From Octopus vulgaris (Eukaryota): a stretch of DNA of 64,000 nt. This document shows, one piece after another, positions 1 through 12,734 of this stretch. The translations under genes and the position numbers were made by a program. The first letter of the stretch is position 1, and every line of letters begins with the position of its first letter. Location of the stretch: contig OX597816.1 of NCBI GenBank assembly GCA_951406725.2, positions 52,948,001 through 53,012,000 of the forward strand. Direction: 5' to 3'. The notes beneath the pieces are model-generated. The model worked only from the letters and a program-made list of their open reading frames with translations. It made no database searches and was not told where the DNA came from.

Positions 1-29
1 GTATGTAAACATCCAATATACATAGATTA

Positions 30-87
<58 letters not shown>

Positions 88-88
<1 letters not shown>

Positions 89-484
89 CTCTTTTACCCC
101 TTTATTTTTTTCAGTCATTTGACTGCGGCCATGCTGGAGCACTGCCTTTAGTCGAGCAAATTGACCCCGGGACTTATTCTTTGTAAGCCTAGTACTTATT
201 CTATTGGTCTCTTTTGCTGAACCGCTAAGTTATAGGGACGTAAACAAACCACCATCAGTTGTCAAACGATGTTGGGGGGACAAACATATATACACACATA
301 CATTTATATATATATATATACATACATATATACGATGGTTTCCATCTACCAAATCCACTCACAAGGCTTTGGTTGGCCTGAGGCCATAGTAGGAGACACT
401 TGCCCAAGGTGCCACACAGTGGGTATGAACCCGGAACCATGTGGTTGGTAAGCAAGCTACTTACCACACAGCCACTCCTGTGCC
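88..484 (-). mobile_element. tRNA-derived SINE family A (internal TA/CA microsatellite)
   Basis: Minus-strand head has A-box-like TGGCTGTGTGG, a degenerate B-box (family consensus GGTTCAGTCC), a CORE-like ACCTTGGGCAAGTG motif and a (GAGTAAAA)-type tail; more than 15 similar copies in the window. Confidence 0.9.
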
Positions 485-642
485 TTTCTATATATATATG
501 TATTCATGTATATGTATATATATGTGTGTGTGTATGTAGATAGATGGAGACAGACAGATATTTAGATAGACAGATAGATGTATACATTCATTCACTTTTG
601 CAATAATAATGATAACAATAATAATAATGGTTTAAATAATGT

Positions 643-1262
643 TGGCTCAAGGCCAGCAATTTTGGGGGAGGGGATAGGTCAGTGACATTGTCTCCAGTGA
701 TGAACTGGTCTTTATTTTATTGATTCCAAGAAGATAAAAGGTAAAGTTGAACTCAGCAGAAGCTGAACTCAGAATGTAAAGACAGATGAAACACTCCTTA
801 CCAATACTGCCAGCTTGCCGCCAACAATAATTCTTTCTATTCAAGGCACAAGGCCTGAAATTTGGGGGAAGGAGTTAGTCGATTACATCAAACCCAGTGC
901 TCAACTGGTACTTCTTTTATTAACCCTCTAAAAAAGAAAGGCAAAATCAACCTTAGCGGAATTTGAACTCAGAACACTAAGACAGGTGAAATGGCACTAA
1001 GCATTTTGTGTGGCATGCTAATGATTCTGCCAGCTTGCCACTTAAGTAATAATAATAATAATCCTTTCTACTATAGGCACAAGTCCAGAAATTTGAAGTG
1101 GGGGTGAAGGGCTAGTCGATTACAACTACCCCAGTGCTCAGCAGGTATTTATTTCATTGTTCCTCAAAGGTTGAAAGGCAAAGTCGACCTAAGTGGAATT
1201 TGAACTCAGAACATAAAGATAGATGAAAAACCACTGAGCATTTTATCTGGTATGTTAGCAAT
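643..1262 (-). mobile_element. Three tandem copies of SINE family C separated by (AAT)n
   Basis: Copies at about 643-821, 832-1042 and 1061-1262 share the family motif GCTGGCAG...GAGTTCAAATTCC...GACTTTGCCTTTCATCC...AAGTACCAGT on the minus strand. Confidence 0.8.
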
Positions 1263-1912
1263 ATGGTTGTGATGTGTGTGCCTGGAATACCCCTGTCAGA
1301 TGGGTAATCATTATGGGTGTATTGTTTCATAAATTTGTACCCTAGTGTCACTTTAATGGTCACTTGCTTGCTCAATCCCTCCCTTACTCATTCATCCTCA
1401 TCACCACCACCACCAACAACAACAACAACAACAATAAGATGATGATGATGATGATGATGATAATTCCAGAGTAAGAAACATAAATTTTGGGTTAGGCCTC
1501 AATAAATTAAATGCCAGGCACCACTCCAATTTTCAGTTCAACGTGATCTTTCAACAATGATAAGAGACGTTAAAAACCCAGTTATCAACAAATTTTCTGT
1601 GAATATTTCAATTTCCTAAACTATCTCTTCCCTGATGATATGAAAAAATATTAAGTTGAAAGCTATTTAAATAATTCTAATTCCAATACGCTTTTTGGCA
1701 CTTTTAGCACTTAATCTTCCATACTTTCAAACTACATTATGTAATCTGTCACTCATCACACTTTAGGTAAAAACAAAAATATGCAGCAATGGACTATTAT
1801 GTCACCAGGGTTGATCCTTAGATTTGAATGCTTTTATTTTGTTACTCAACATTTCCATGTATCTTCATATTTTCCTTAATGCATCTGCATTAAGTATATG
1901 TGTATACATATA

Positions 1913-2478
1913 CTGGGTTGTCTGGAAAGTTCGTGCCGATTTATAGTAGCTTACCTTTCAACTTATTTTAGGACATGGTTGAGTCCATAAAATAGGATTT
2001 TACTACACCTCCATTTAGAGCATAGTTTAAGCTATCTTTTCGTGGCAGAAGGTTAATGTTCCTATAACCTGTGTTAATTCTGTAACCCTTTAAAATAGAA
2101 GCTAAGAAAGTTCATTTTCAGCACTTGATGCTTTGGGAACCAGAAAAAAATTGCTGCAGCTTGGCTGGGATGTGTTACCCCACCCTCCATATTCACCAGA
2201 TATTGCTCCTTCGGATTTCCACTTATTCAGGTCTCTGCGGAATAGTCTTAATGGTAAAAATTTCAATTCTCTGGATGCCGTAAAAAAATACCTCGATGAA
2301 TTCTTTGCCATGAAACCACCTCAATTCTGTGAAGAGGGTATTTTCAAGTTAAAGGAAAGATGGAGACGCATTGTGCAATAAAATGGTTCATATTTGGCTG
2401 ATTAAAAATGTAATGGCAAGTATTTATTGACCTTTTTCTCTCCTTTAAAAATCGTCACAAACTTTCCAGTCAACCCAA
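1913..2478 (+). mobile_element. Non-autonomous, internally deleted mariner, copy 1
   Basis: TA TSDs at 1911-12 and 2479-80; about 30-bp TIRs (consensus TTGGGTTGTCCGGAAAGTTCGTGCCGATTT); transposase C-terminus HPPYSPDIAPSDFHLF (ORF 2133-2381). Confidence 0.95.
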
Positions 2479-2930
2479 TATGAATGTGTGTGTGTGTGTG
2501 TGTATGTGTGTGATGCTTTTAAGTAGTGCTTGCATGCCTAGCTTTCATTGTTACTGTTGTTTAGTCTCAGCAATCGTCTTTAAAGGAAAGAACATATTGC
2601 ATGATGTTGTCCGAGATACACAATGCTTCAGAAATAATGACATGGTCTTCTGTTGATCTTATCTTTCTCTTTTTACTTTTCGTCCCCCATCTTCTTTGTA
2701 TTATTTGTGTGCATGAATTTGCACAAGACTTAAGGAGATTTAACTGGTATTTCTAGCAGACTGACTGATTATGTAGCAGTATCCTAGTTACTTAATCTGC
2801 ATTTCAAGCTGATTCAATTAATGCACAGTTAAAATCCTGAATCACTAACATTAAGATACACTCACACATTTACTTACTTTATTCACTTGATTACAGTTTA
2901 ATACAGGGTTAAAGCATTAGAAACAAAACT

Positions 2931-3259
2931 GCAGGAGTGGCTGTGTGGTAAGTAGCTTGCTTACCAACCACATTGTTCCAGGTTCAGTTCCACTGCATGG
3001 CACCTTGAGCAAATGTCTTCTGCTGTAGCTTCAGGCTGACCAAAGCCTTGTGAGTGGATTTGGTAGACAGAAACTGAAAGAAGCCCATCGTATATATATA
3101 TATTCCAGGAGTGGCTGTGTGGTAAGTAGCTTGCTTACCAACCACATGGTTCCAAGTTCAGTTCCACTGCATGGCACCTTGGGCAAGTGTCTTCTACTAT
3201 AGGCTTGGGCTGACCAAAGCCTTGTGAGTGGATTTGGTAGACAGAAACTGAAAGAAGCC

Positions 3260-3346
<87 letters not shown>

Positions 3347-3538
3347 TATATATCTGTGTGTGTGTTTGTCACCCCGTGGTGTGTTTGCATCCTTGTAACT
3401 TAGTGGTTCGACAAAAGAGACCGAGAGAATAAGTACTGGGCTTACAAAGAATAAGTCCTTGGGTCAATTTGTTCAACTAACTGGGGTGCTCCAGCATGGC
3501 CACAGTCAAATGACTGAAACAAATAAAGGAATAAAGGA
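2931..3538 (+). mobile_element. SINE family A head (2931-3102) followed by a full copy (3106-3538)
   Basis: Two consecutive CAGGAGTGGCTGTGTGGTAAGTAG heads; the first stops at the internal (TA)n. Confidence 0.9.
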
Positions 3539-3909
3539 ATTACTACATATAAAGCATGCTGTAGCAGTAGATCACCATTTCAACTAAAATATTCTCAATT
3601 GTTTCACAACAAAGGACCCCCTGTTTTCAAATGAATGTTCCCCACAGACCTCAGGCTTCTGAAAGGTCTGTCTCTTCAATAAGTCAATTTTATTAACTAA
3701 TAACATGCTTTGTTGCCCCAGTTTCCCCTCAAGAAATATAGATGAAACACAAGAATCATATGTAATGGAATAATTATTTGTGTTTTTTTACTCTGTAGCC
3801 TTTTAGAATTTTGAACACAGCTCATGGACCCACAATGCAACATAATCAGTGACTGTAGGTCCCAGGTTAGTGGCTACAAATTTAATGAGTAGCTATTCAC
3901 CTGAACCTT

Positions 3910-4090
3910 GAAAAAGAAAGAAAGAAAGAAAGAAAGAAAGAGAGAAAGAAAGAAAAAAAAGAGAGAGAGAGAGAGAGAGAGAAAGAAAGAAAGAGAAAGA
4001 GAGAGAGAGAGAGGGAAAGAAAGAAAGAAAGAGAGAAAGAAAGAAAAAGAAAGACAGAGAGAGAGAGAGAGAAAGAAAGAAAGAAAAAAA
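3910..4090. repeat. (GAAA)n/(GA)n polypurine microsatellite
   Basis: Directly visible. Confidence 0.95.
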
Positions 4091-4156
4091 GTCAATGGGA
4101 AGAAAAAATTTGTTTAGAAATCTGAAATAAGATTTAGTGTTAAATATATTTCTTAC

Positions 4157-4220
4157 TCATGAATTCAGCAAGATTTCAATAATGATGGATTCACTTACCT
4201 GAAATAGAAGAAAAAAAATA
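4157..4220 (-). other. Candidate recursive splice site (AG|GTAAGT) with a 42-nt RS-exon (4198-4157)
   Basis: Minus strand reads ttttttttcttctatttcag|GTAAGTGAATCC...TCATGA|gtaaga. Confidence 0.55.
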
Positions 4221-4736
4221 TAACATAAGTACTGCGAAAATGAAATAAGTATGCAAGTAAAATATGAATTCTCATTACATGTTTTTAGAAAAATAAGTAA
4301 ACTTTTTTTCTTTATGTATGTGTGTACATATGACTGGGTGTGTGAGAGAGAGAAAGGGAAAGAGAGACAGACAAAGACAGAGAGAAACAGCATTTTGAAT
4401 TTGTATCTCAGGGATAATAAGGAATCACAAAGATGCAGAATTTTGAAAATGTCTCATGAAAGTAAACAGGGAAATTATCAAATGAAATGCTTTTCCCAAA
4501 TTTCATCAAAATAATTCATAAATATAACTGCCATATTTTTTCCCCTCCAGTAACCTATATCTGCAATCATGGCCCTGATATTGAGCCTACTCTCCACTTT
4601 GCATTTCTTTCCAAACCATAATCAAGATAATCATCCTGGAATTTTTGATTCTTACATTATGTCCACTGGTTACATCTATGAATTTATATCGTTGAGTTAC
4701 TTCAATAATAATTATAAACTAAATCCAGTAAAATGT

Positions 4737-5057
4737 GGAGGCGCAATGGCCCAGTGGTTAGGGTAGCGGACTTGGGGTCAGAGGATCGCGGTTTCGATTC
4801 CCTTGACTCACACAGCCTTTGGAGTAATTTACTGGATTTTTTTTTTCGCTCTTTTCAAGCCTAGCCAGGTTCATTGGCCTGGTATGTGTCCCCCCCAGCT
4901 GGACGGGACTCCAGTCCATCACAGCATTACTCAAGAAACAGGAAGAGAGAAACTTGTGGTGAAAGAGTACAAGAGGGGTTGCCAAAACCCCCTGCCAGAA
5001 CCTTGTGGAGCTTTTTTTAGGTGTTTTCACTCAATAAACACACACAATGCCTGATCT
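4737..5057. mobile_element. tRNA-derived SINE related to family B, with its body inverted relative to its head
   Basis: Head 4737-4802 on + (TGGCCCAGTGG, GTTTCGATTCCC); its continuation AGATCAGGCATTGTG...GGACTGGAGTCCCGTCCAG lies on the minus strand from 5057 downward. Confidence 0.75.
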
Positions 5058-5395
5058 ACATAGAGTAGGTTGGAAGGCATCTCTCGACATCTTAGTTACT
5101 AGATTTACATCTATTGAATGTTGTGAGTTTCAGTGAGAAATCTAGGAACAGGAGCATTGTTCAAGCTGACCATGATATGGCAACAGTACTTCATTGATAA
5201 ACATCAATATTTATTTTTCATAAAGGTATTCTTCAGATGAATCAATAACAGAAGCGCGGTCAAGTGCCTAAGTTTACTTTTCACTGTGCCTGACTGAAGA
5301 TACTTGGGCAAGTGTCTTCTCCTGTAAACCTTGGATTGACTAATGTATTGTTAGTTGAATCTGCTAGATAAAAAAACTATGCAAAAACCCCCATA
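5058..5395 (+). repeat. About 340-bp direct duplication, copy 1
   Basis: Near-identical to 6191-6530 (ACATAGAGTAGGTTGGAAGG...ACTATGCAAAAACCC). Confidence 0.95.
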
Positions 5396-5471
5396 TATAT
5401 ACATATATATACTTGTATATGTATATATATATACACACACATATATATATATGTACATATATACATACATG

Positions 5472-5523
<52 letters not shown>

Positions 5524-5604
5524 CACATATAAATACAGATTTTTTTAATAGTAAAATGAAGATGAAAAATCCAAGGTTGAATACACTTCAAGTATATTAC
5601 TCTC

Positions 5605-6009
5605 TCTCTTTTACTCGTTTACTTGTTTCAGTCATTTGACTGTGGCCATGCTGGAGCACCACCTTTAGTCAAGCAAATCAACCCCAGGACTTATTCTTTG
5701 TAAGCCTAGTACTTATTCTATCAGACTCTTTTGCTGAACCGCTAAGTTACAGGGACGTAAACACACCAGCATCGGTTGTCAAGTGATGTTGGTTGGGGGA
5801 CAAACACAGACACACACACACGCATATATATACATATACATATATACGATGGGCTTCTTTCAGTTTCCGTCTACCAAATCCACTCACAAGACTTTGGTCG
5901 GCCCGAGGCTATAGTAGAAGACACTTGCCCAAGGTGCCACACAGTGGGAATGAACCCAGAACCATGCGGTTGGTAAGCAAGCTACTTACCACACAGTCAC
6001 TCCTGCACC
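5605..6009 (-). mobile_element. SINE family A
   Basis: Full-length match to other copies. Confidence 0.9.
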
Positions 6010-6190
6010 TATATAAATATATTTCAAACATTATACATTTGCATTCATTTTCTGAAAATATTGATTACTTCACTGTTTTGATTCTTATATATATAAACAA
6101 GCAACAGACTATACTACTTTTTTTAGTTGATGTCCTGAGGACTTCTAGCTATGCCAGTTATCTGTTGATTAGATTTCAGATATCATACGA

Positions 6191-6524
6191 ACATAGAGTA
6201 GGTTGGAAGGCATCTCTTGACATCTTAGTTACCAGACTTACGTCTATTGAATGTTGTGAGTTTCAGTGAAAAATCTAGGAACAGGAGCATTGTTCAAGCT
6301 GACCATTATATGGCAACAGTACTTCATTGATAACATCAATATTTATTTTTCATAAAGGTATTCTTCAGATGAATCATTAACAGAAGTGCGGTCATGTGCC
6401 TAAGAAGTTTACTTTTCACTATGCCTGACTGAAGATACTTGGGCAAGTGTCTTCTCCTGTAAACCTTGGATTGACTAATGTATTGTTAGTTGAATCTGCT
6501 AGCTAAAAAAACTATGCAAAAACC

Positions 6525-6530
<6 letters not shown>
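6191..6530 (+). repeat. About 340-bp direct duplication, copy 2
   Basis: Near-identical to 5058-5395. Confidence 0.95.
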
Positions 6531-6575
<45 letters not shown>

Positions 6576-6579
6576 ACAT

Positions 6580-6612
<33 letters not shown>

Positions 6613-6733
6613 CACACATATAAATACACACATATGTACCTACATACAGATATATGGAGGTATATATATACACACATGTATAATATATTTATACATATGT
6701 TTATAAGTGAGTGTATGCGCATGTGTGTGTGTT

Positions 6734-6794
<61 letters not shown>

Positions 6795-7426
6795 AGATAC
6801 ATATATATATATATAGTTGAAAAGGAATTAAGAATTCATACAAATCAAAGGTTTCAAGTAAAAAGTATAAGTGGAAATAGAACAGAAGTATGTTTAAAGA
6901 TAATTTTGATTTTTTTTTCTTAAATCAGACAGGATAAATATTTTTATATTTGTTATATCAAGTGACTTTTATAAAATATTACTAGTTTTGATGCATATGT
7001 CCATCTTATCAAATACAAACAGAAGGACTTGCATTTGTACCTCAGTGTGAAATAAAATTTTTCACAAGTTTTTTTCAAGTGCATTCAACATATCTGACCT
7101 CCAAATTCACTACAATCCACTTTTTTCCAGAAAAGAAAGGAGTCGAGGGGTAGTAGGGACTTCGGAGTTTCCTACCGATAGAGTTTTGTTTCGCAGGTTT
7201 TACTTTTCCAGGTTACTTTGCATACTTTCAGCGAATGTGATATCAAAATCACACGTAAATGAAACATTAACAACATGAGTTTAGGCCAGTGAGCCTTTGA
7301 AAGCCATAGGTACTGCCCTTTTCTCCGGATTCAACATCTTTTATCTTTTACTTGTTTCATTCATTAGACTGTAGCCAAGCTGGGGCACTGCCATGTAAAA
7401 AAAACCAAACTAACAATCTCTTTTAA

Positions 7427-7646
7427 CCCTTTTATTACCAACCTGGCTGAAGCCAGCTCTGGCTCTGAGTACAAATGTCTTGTTTTCATAAGTTTTGAAT
7501 TAAAATCTTCCACCAAATCTTAGTCACAATTTATGTTCCTAACACTAGCTGAATAATGACTAAGTTATTTTACTAAATTCTTTGTTATATTTAAAGTAAT
7601 TGAAAGAAACACAGAGCATCTCAAAATAAATACAGTAACGAAAGGG
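7427..7646 (+). mobile_element. piggyBac-type MITE family 1
   Basis: TTAA on both sides, CCCTTT...AAAGGG termini; related copies at 9155 and 14335. Confidence 0.9.
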
Positions 7647-8619
7647 TTAAACATTTAAAGACAAAAAATATATACACTCCTTTTAAAAGCGAAACTTTCT
7701 GTTTAATGCTAGTGATATTCAATTTAATATTTCACATTTAATTTTCTCTAGATAGAGATGTATCAAAGGATTTAATTGTGAAATGAAAACTATTCAAAAC
7801 ATTTCTTTCATTCTAGTAAAAATAAAATGTACCTTTTCTTTTAAAGTTTAAATTTTTCAAAGAAACTCCTTTTTATAAAAATTAAGACATGGATTAAAGT
7901 TCCAGAAGAAAGAAAAACAGATAAGAATTTATTATAAATAGAACAGGAACCACCCAAACTGAATTGTTATAATCCATTAAATATGGATATTATTAATCTT
8001 TATTACTTCAGAAGAACCAAAAGCATAATCACATGAAAACACCTCAACTCAAACTTTTTCTTAATCCTTCCCTTAATTTAAAGTGCCTTCACAGTAGGAC
8101 ATAAAATTTGAATAGTAATATTTACCAGCTATTAAGAATGCTTCAGGCAGTTGTGGATCTGAAAAGGTTAAAGACGCAAACACAAAGGAGAATTCTTCTC
8201 TTCTCTTTGCCTGATAGAGATCAAATTATAATTTGAATATGTTATGAAGTAATAATATAAATCTCAGGAATTAAATCATAGTATTGAATGATTAAATGTC
8301 TCTCATCATTGTTCCATGAGAAACATGAAATATTGTACATTTACACATAAGAATAGAGAAAATGGTGAGTAGATGCACAGCTGTGGCAGAATTTAGAAGT
8401 TGCTATATCTCAAAACATTTCCTTTGTGTCATTTAAAAGGACTGGCTTTCTACTAAGCAGATTTCAATGGCAGCAGCCCAGGGGATTAGATATATAGTAT
8501 AAGACTGAACAAACAGAATCCAATCCTAATTCATAGATTAAATTTCATTTGACTTGGTTTGGATCAGTTTGTCTTATTTTACTTGTATTTATGTTTCATA
8601 AAGGTCGTAAGGACACGTG

Positions 8620-8745
8620 ATTTAGTACGTGGTTAGGGTATTGAGGACATGAACACAAGGTCATGGGTTCAATTGCTGTACAGGACAATGCATTGTGTCC
8701 TTAAGCAAGACTCTTCATTTCACACTGTTCTTCTACTCACTTGAA
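8620..8745 (+). mobile_element. Degenerate SINE family B head
   Basis: GTGGTTAGGGTA...GGTTCAATTG...TGTGTCCTTAAGCAAGAC. Confidence 0.65.
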
Positions 8746-9154
8746 GATGTGTACAATCAAAGTACTGGTGCAGCAGTTTTTTTTTCTCTCTTCTCTCTCC
8801 TCACACTCCCCTCCTTTCTGCACCCCACTCCTTTTCTCTTGCTGTCACATACTTGATACACTGCTGTATAAAAGAATGGTGAGCCAAGAGGCTGTCTATA
8901 TCTGCTCAGAACTACATAAGTGTCATGTTGTCATATCATACTTGTTTTGCAAATGACAGCTATGACTTGTCCATAAAGGTCAATGAAATATCATTTAAGG
9001 TTCTAAATTTAAACATAATTCATTACATTATTCATTGCTCGTTACATTACTATCTAGAACTATAATACACACTAGTCACTAATAATTATACATTACTAAT
9101 TACTCATTATATTACTATATCACATATTGCTCATTACATTACTTACTACCTTAA

Positions 9155-9370
9155 CCCTTTTGATACCAACCCGCCTGAAACCGCCTCTGGCTCTGTTGTA
9201 CAAAAGTCTTATAAGTTCTGAATTAAAATCTTCCACCAAACCTTAGTCACAATTTATGTTCCTAACACTAGCTTAATGATAAACTAAATTATTTTACTAA
9301 TTCTTTGTTATATTTAAAATTAATTGAAAGAAATACAGGGCATCTCAACAGAAATATGGTAACAAAAAAG
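9155..9370 (+). mobile_element. piggyBac-type MITE family 1
   Basis: TTAA flanks at 9151-54 and 9371-74; internal match to the 7427 copy. Confidence 0.85.
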
Positions 9371-9374
9371 TTAA

Positions 9375-9590
9375 GGTGTCGAGCTGGCAGATTCATTAGC
9401 ATGCCAGGCAAAATGCTTAGTGGTATTTCGTCTGTCTTTACGTTTTGAGTTCAAATTCCGCCAAGGTTGACTTTGCCTTTCATCTTTTCGGGGTCAATAA
9501 ATTAAGTACCAGTTGCATACTGGGGTTGATCTAGTTGACTGCCCCCCTCCCCCAAAATTTCAGGCCTTGTGTCTATAGCAGAAAGGATTA
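9375..9590 (+). mobile_element. SINE family C
   Basis: GAGCTGGCAG...GAGTTCAAATTCCGCC...GACTTTGCCTTTCATC...AAGTACCAGT. Confidence 0.85.
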
Positions 9591-10439
9591 CATTACTACC
9601 TAGTATTATGTTACACATTAGTCATTACTAATTATACGTTACTAATTATTCATAATATTGCTGTAATATACATTACTCATTATGCCTATATCTCTTAGTT
9701 ACATGATTAATTTTTGTAACATTTTTTGTCACTTGGGAGGGATGGGCAGCATTTCTGTGGAGCCACCCACTTCCCTTGATGCCCTAAGCACATGCTTGTT
9801 TTGCTTAATGGTTAATCCAGTGCTGTCTACAATCCAAGTAGGTTACAGCCGGATTTTAGCTCAGAAGTCAAAGAACCACAACAAATACCAAAAAGCATAC
9901 AATCCGATGCTCGAATGAATTTCCCAGTCCACCATGCTACACTAGTGCTACATTTATCAACCTCAGAAGAACAAAAATCAAAGTTTGCTTAAGTAGGATT
10001 TGAACTTAGAACACAAGCAAAACGAATACTCACAGAACTCCATTTTAGTATGCTACCAGTGCTAATTGCAAAAAAATGATATGTGAACGGCATGACAGGA
10101 AAAGTTTCTCCAAGCAAAATATAAACTCATAAATGTAATACACTAAAGACACTGTAATGCTCCTAATCAGCTCTCTCTCTATCTATCTCCCTCTCTCCAA
10201 TAACTACTGCGAGCAACGTCTTCATGACTACTATTGCTACTATTACTAACATGATGTTGGTGATAATGGTAACATACTAATGAGAGACAACACAAGGCAA
10301 ATTATCTGAAGCATAAATATTTTATTTCCAAGCATTTAATAAGATGTATAATTTGACACATTTTAATAGAAAGTCTCTGAAGATAGAAAAATAAAATACA
10401 TACATAAAAAAAAATCTTTAAAAAATTATATAGTTGCTA

Positions 10440-10693
10440 ACATACACACAAACATATGCATATGTGTGTGTGTATATATATATATATGTGTGTGTGTGTG
10501 TATATGTATGTACATGTCTATAGGTATATACATACACACATGGCCTTGCTATTTGCTTTTGAGCCAAATTAACTAACTAACACAGACATATATATATATA
10601 TATATATATGTCTGTGTGTGTGTATGTATATACATATAGACATGTACATACATACACACACACACACACATATATATATATACACACACAGAT

Positions 10694-10776
<83 letters not shown>

Positions 10777-10885
10777 GACACACACACACACACATATATT
10801 ATATGCACATGTACATACATATATACTTAAATATACCTATATGCAGGTAAATATGTATATATGTGTGTGTGTGGGCATGTGTGTG
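10440..10885. repeat. Compound (TA)n/(CA)n/(TG)n microsatellite
   Basis: Directly visible; source of the YI/CV/HT-rich ORFs here. Confidence 0.95.
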
Positions 10886-11460
10886 CAGTAAAATAATATT
10901 TATGCCTGTGACTTTTACAAATTGAAATCATAGGAAAATAGTAAGTGGAACTACGATGATCCGCTATGAGGGAAACATGATTTAAAAGAACTCAGTTCTG
11001 TTAAGCGTTAGATAGTATTAAAGTGAGTGAGCTTTTCATAATTTCAGGCTATTATTGATTTCTTGTTATTCTATCTCTAAAAAACACTACTCTGGAATGG
11101 TGATAAGATCCAGCACAACAGGCTTGTTTATCAGACAGTCAATAGAATCTTCTAGTGTTTTCCTGCCTTTGACTAATTAGCTTTGCAATAACACCTTTAG
11201 CATATGTATCATTCTATATTGGGAAGATGGAAATATGATTAAATGTTATGTTATTACACACATATACACACACATGCATACTTACATATATATCTATCCA
11301 TCTATCCGTATCACATGACCAAATCACCTCAGTCTAAAGATATATATATATACATACATATACATATATACACACACATACATATATATATATACACACA
11401 CATATATATATATATTCATATATATACATATAAGTATACATGCACACACATATATGTATA

Positions 11461-11514
<54 letters not shown>

Positions 11515-11698
11515 TATAATAATAATAACAATAATAATATTAAGGAATATGATTCCACACTTACAGGGAAAAATTCAATTTAGTAATACTAAATCAAATT
11601 TCACAATATATAATACATGTATATAAATTAGAGAAGAACCACCATGGAGCAATTCAACAATGATATGATTAAATCATATCATATAGAAAACAATTAAC

Positions 11699-11818
11699 GA
11701 TACGATAAAACATTAACCTAAAACTAAATAAAATATGAAATAATAAACAAATAGTATATAATTAGTATAAAATTTGTAAATATATTTATTTAGTTTTAGG
11801 TAAATGTTTTATCGTATC
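11699..11818. repeat. 34-bp inverted repeat (1 mismatch) with a 52-nt spacer
   Basis: GATACGATAAAACATTAACCTAAAACTAAATAAA (11699-11732) versus the reverse complement of 11785-11818. Confidence 0.9.
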
Positions 11819-12139
11819 TTTTTAGTTTTGGTAAAACTAAAAATTGTCAAAGATGAATTAAATTTATCATTGTTACTGTATATGTTAGTGTTATTTAATT
11901 TCTGAATGGTTTTGCTGCCATTTGCTTATGTAGTTCAATTTCTTTATTCATCAGTTTCTACTGAGACAGAGATGCAAGTAAAATTAATATCAGAGAAATG
12001 AAAATACAACTTTGGAAACAGCCAGCCTGCCATAATTTACATGGAAGCCATGAGCATACTTTCAAAGGAGATAATCAGAGAAAGACTTGAAAGTCAACAT
12101 AAGATCGTAATACTTTCTGTAAAGTAAATATAACAAATA

Positions 12140-12320
12140 ATTCAGAATCCTTGTCCGGTACCAGATCGTTACCAAAATCAAATCAGTTCATGCCAGTTAT
12201 GAGGCCAAACATCCATGATAGTTTAATCCAAATCCATCCAGCAGTTCTTGAGATATCTTGTCCATGGACAAACAAACACAACTGAAAGTAATACTTCCAT
12301 CTTTGCTAAGACAGAGCTAA
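12140..12320 (+). mobile_element. Degenerate Helentron/HINE (DINE-1-like) 3' fragment
   Basis: AAATCCATCCAGCAGTTCTTGAGATATC...ACAAACAAAC followed by a decayed terminal palindrome before TAAT; recognised by pattern only. Confidence 0.5.
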
Positions 12321-12352
12321 TAATAATAACAGTAATGATGATGATGATGATG

Positions 12353-12409
<57 letters not shown>

Positions 12410-12411
<2 letters not shown>

Positions 12412-12623
12412 CCTTTCTTTTATAGGCAAGAGGCCTGAAATTTTGGTGGGAAGGGAATAATCAATTATATCAATGGCAGTGCTCAACTGGTACTTATTTC
12501 AATGACCCCGAAAGGATGAAAGGCAAAGTCGACCTTGGTGGAAGTCAAACCCAGAATATAAAGATGGATGAAACACTGTTAAGCATTTTGCCTATCAGGC
12601 TAATAATTTTGCCAGCTCACTAC
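12410..12623 (-). mobile_element. SINE family C with a long (ATT)n tail (12317-12410)
   Basis: GACCCCGAAAGGATGAAAGGCAAAGTCGAC on + strand. Confidence 0.85.
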
Positions 12624-12734
12624 CATAATAATAATAATAACAATAACAATAATAACAATAATAATAATAATTATAATAATAATGATAATAATAATAATAA
12701 CAATAACAACAACAACAACAACAGCAGTAGCAGC

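Noticed and set aside
2931-3000. tRNA gene-like A and B boxes
   Set aside because: They run straight into SINE bodies with no cloverleaf 3' end; these are SINE heads, not tRNA genes.
10569-11626. YI/CV/HT-rich and poly-I/poly-N ORFs, here and throughout the window
   Set aside because: Translations of dinucleotide and trinucleotide microsatellites.
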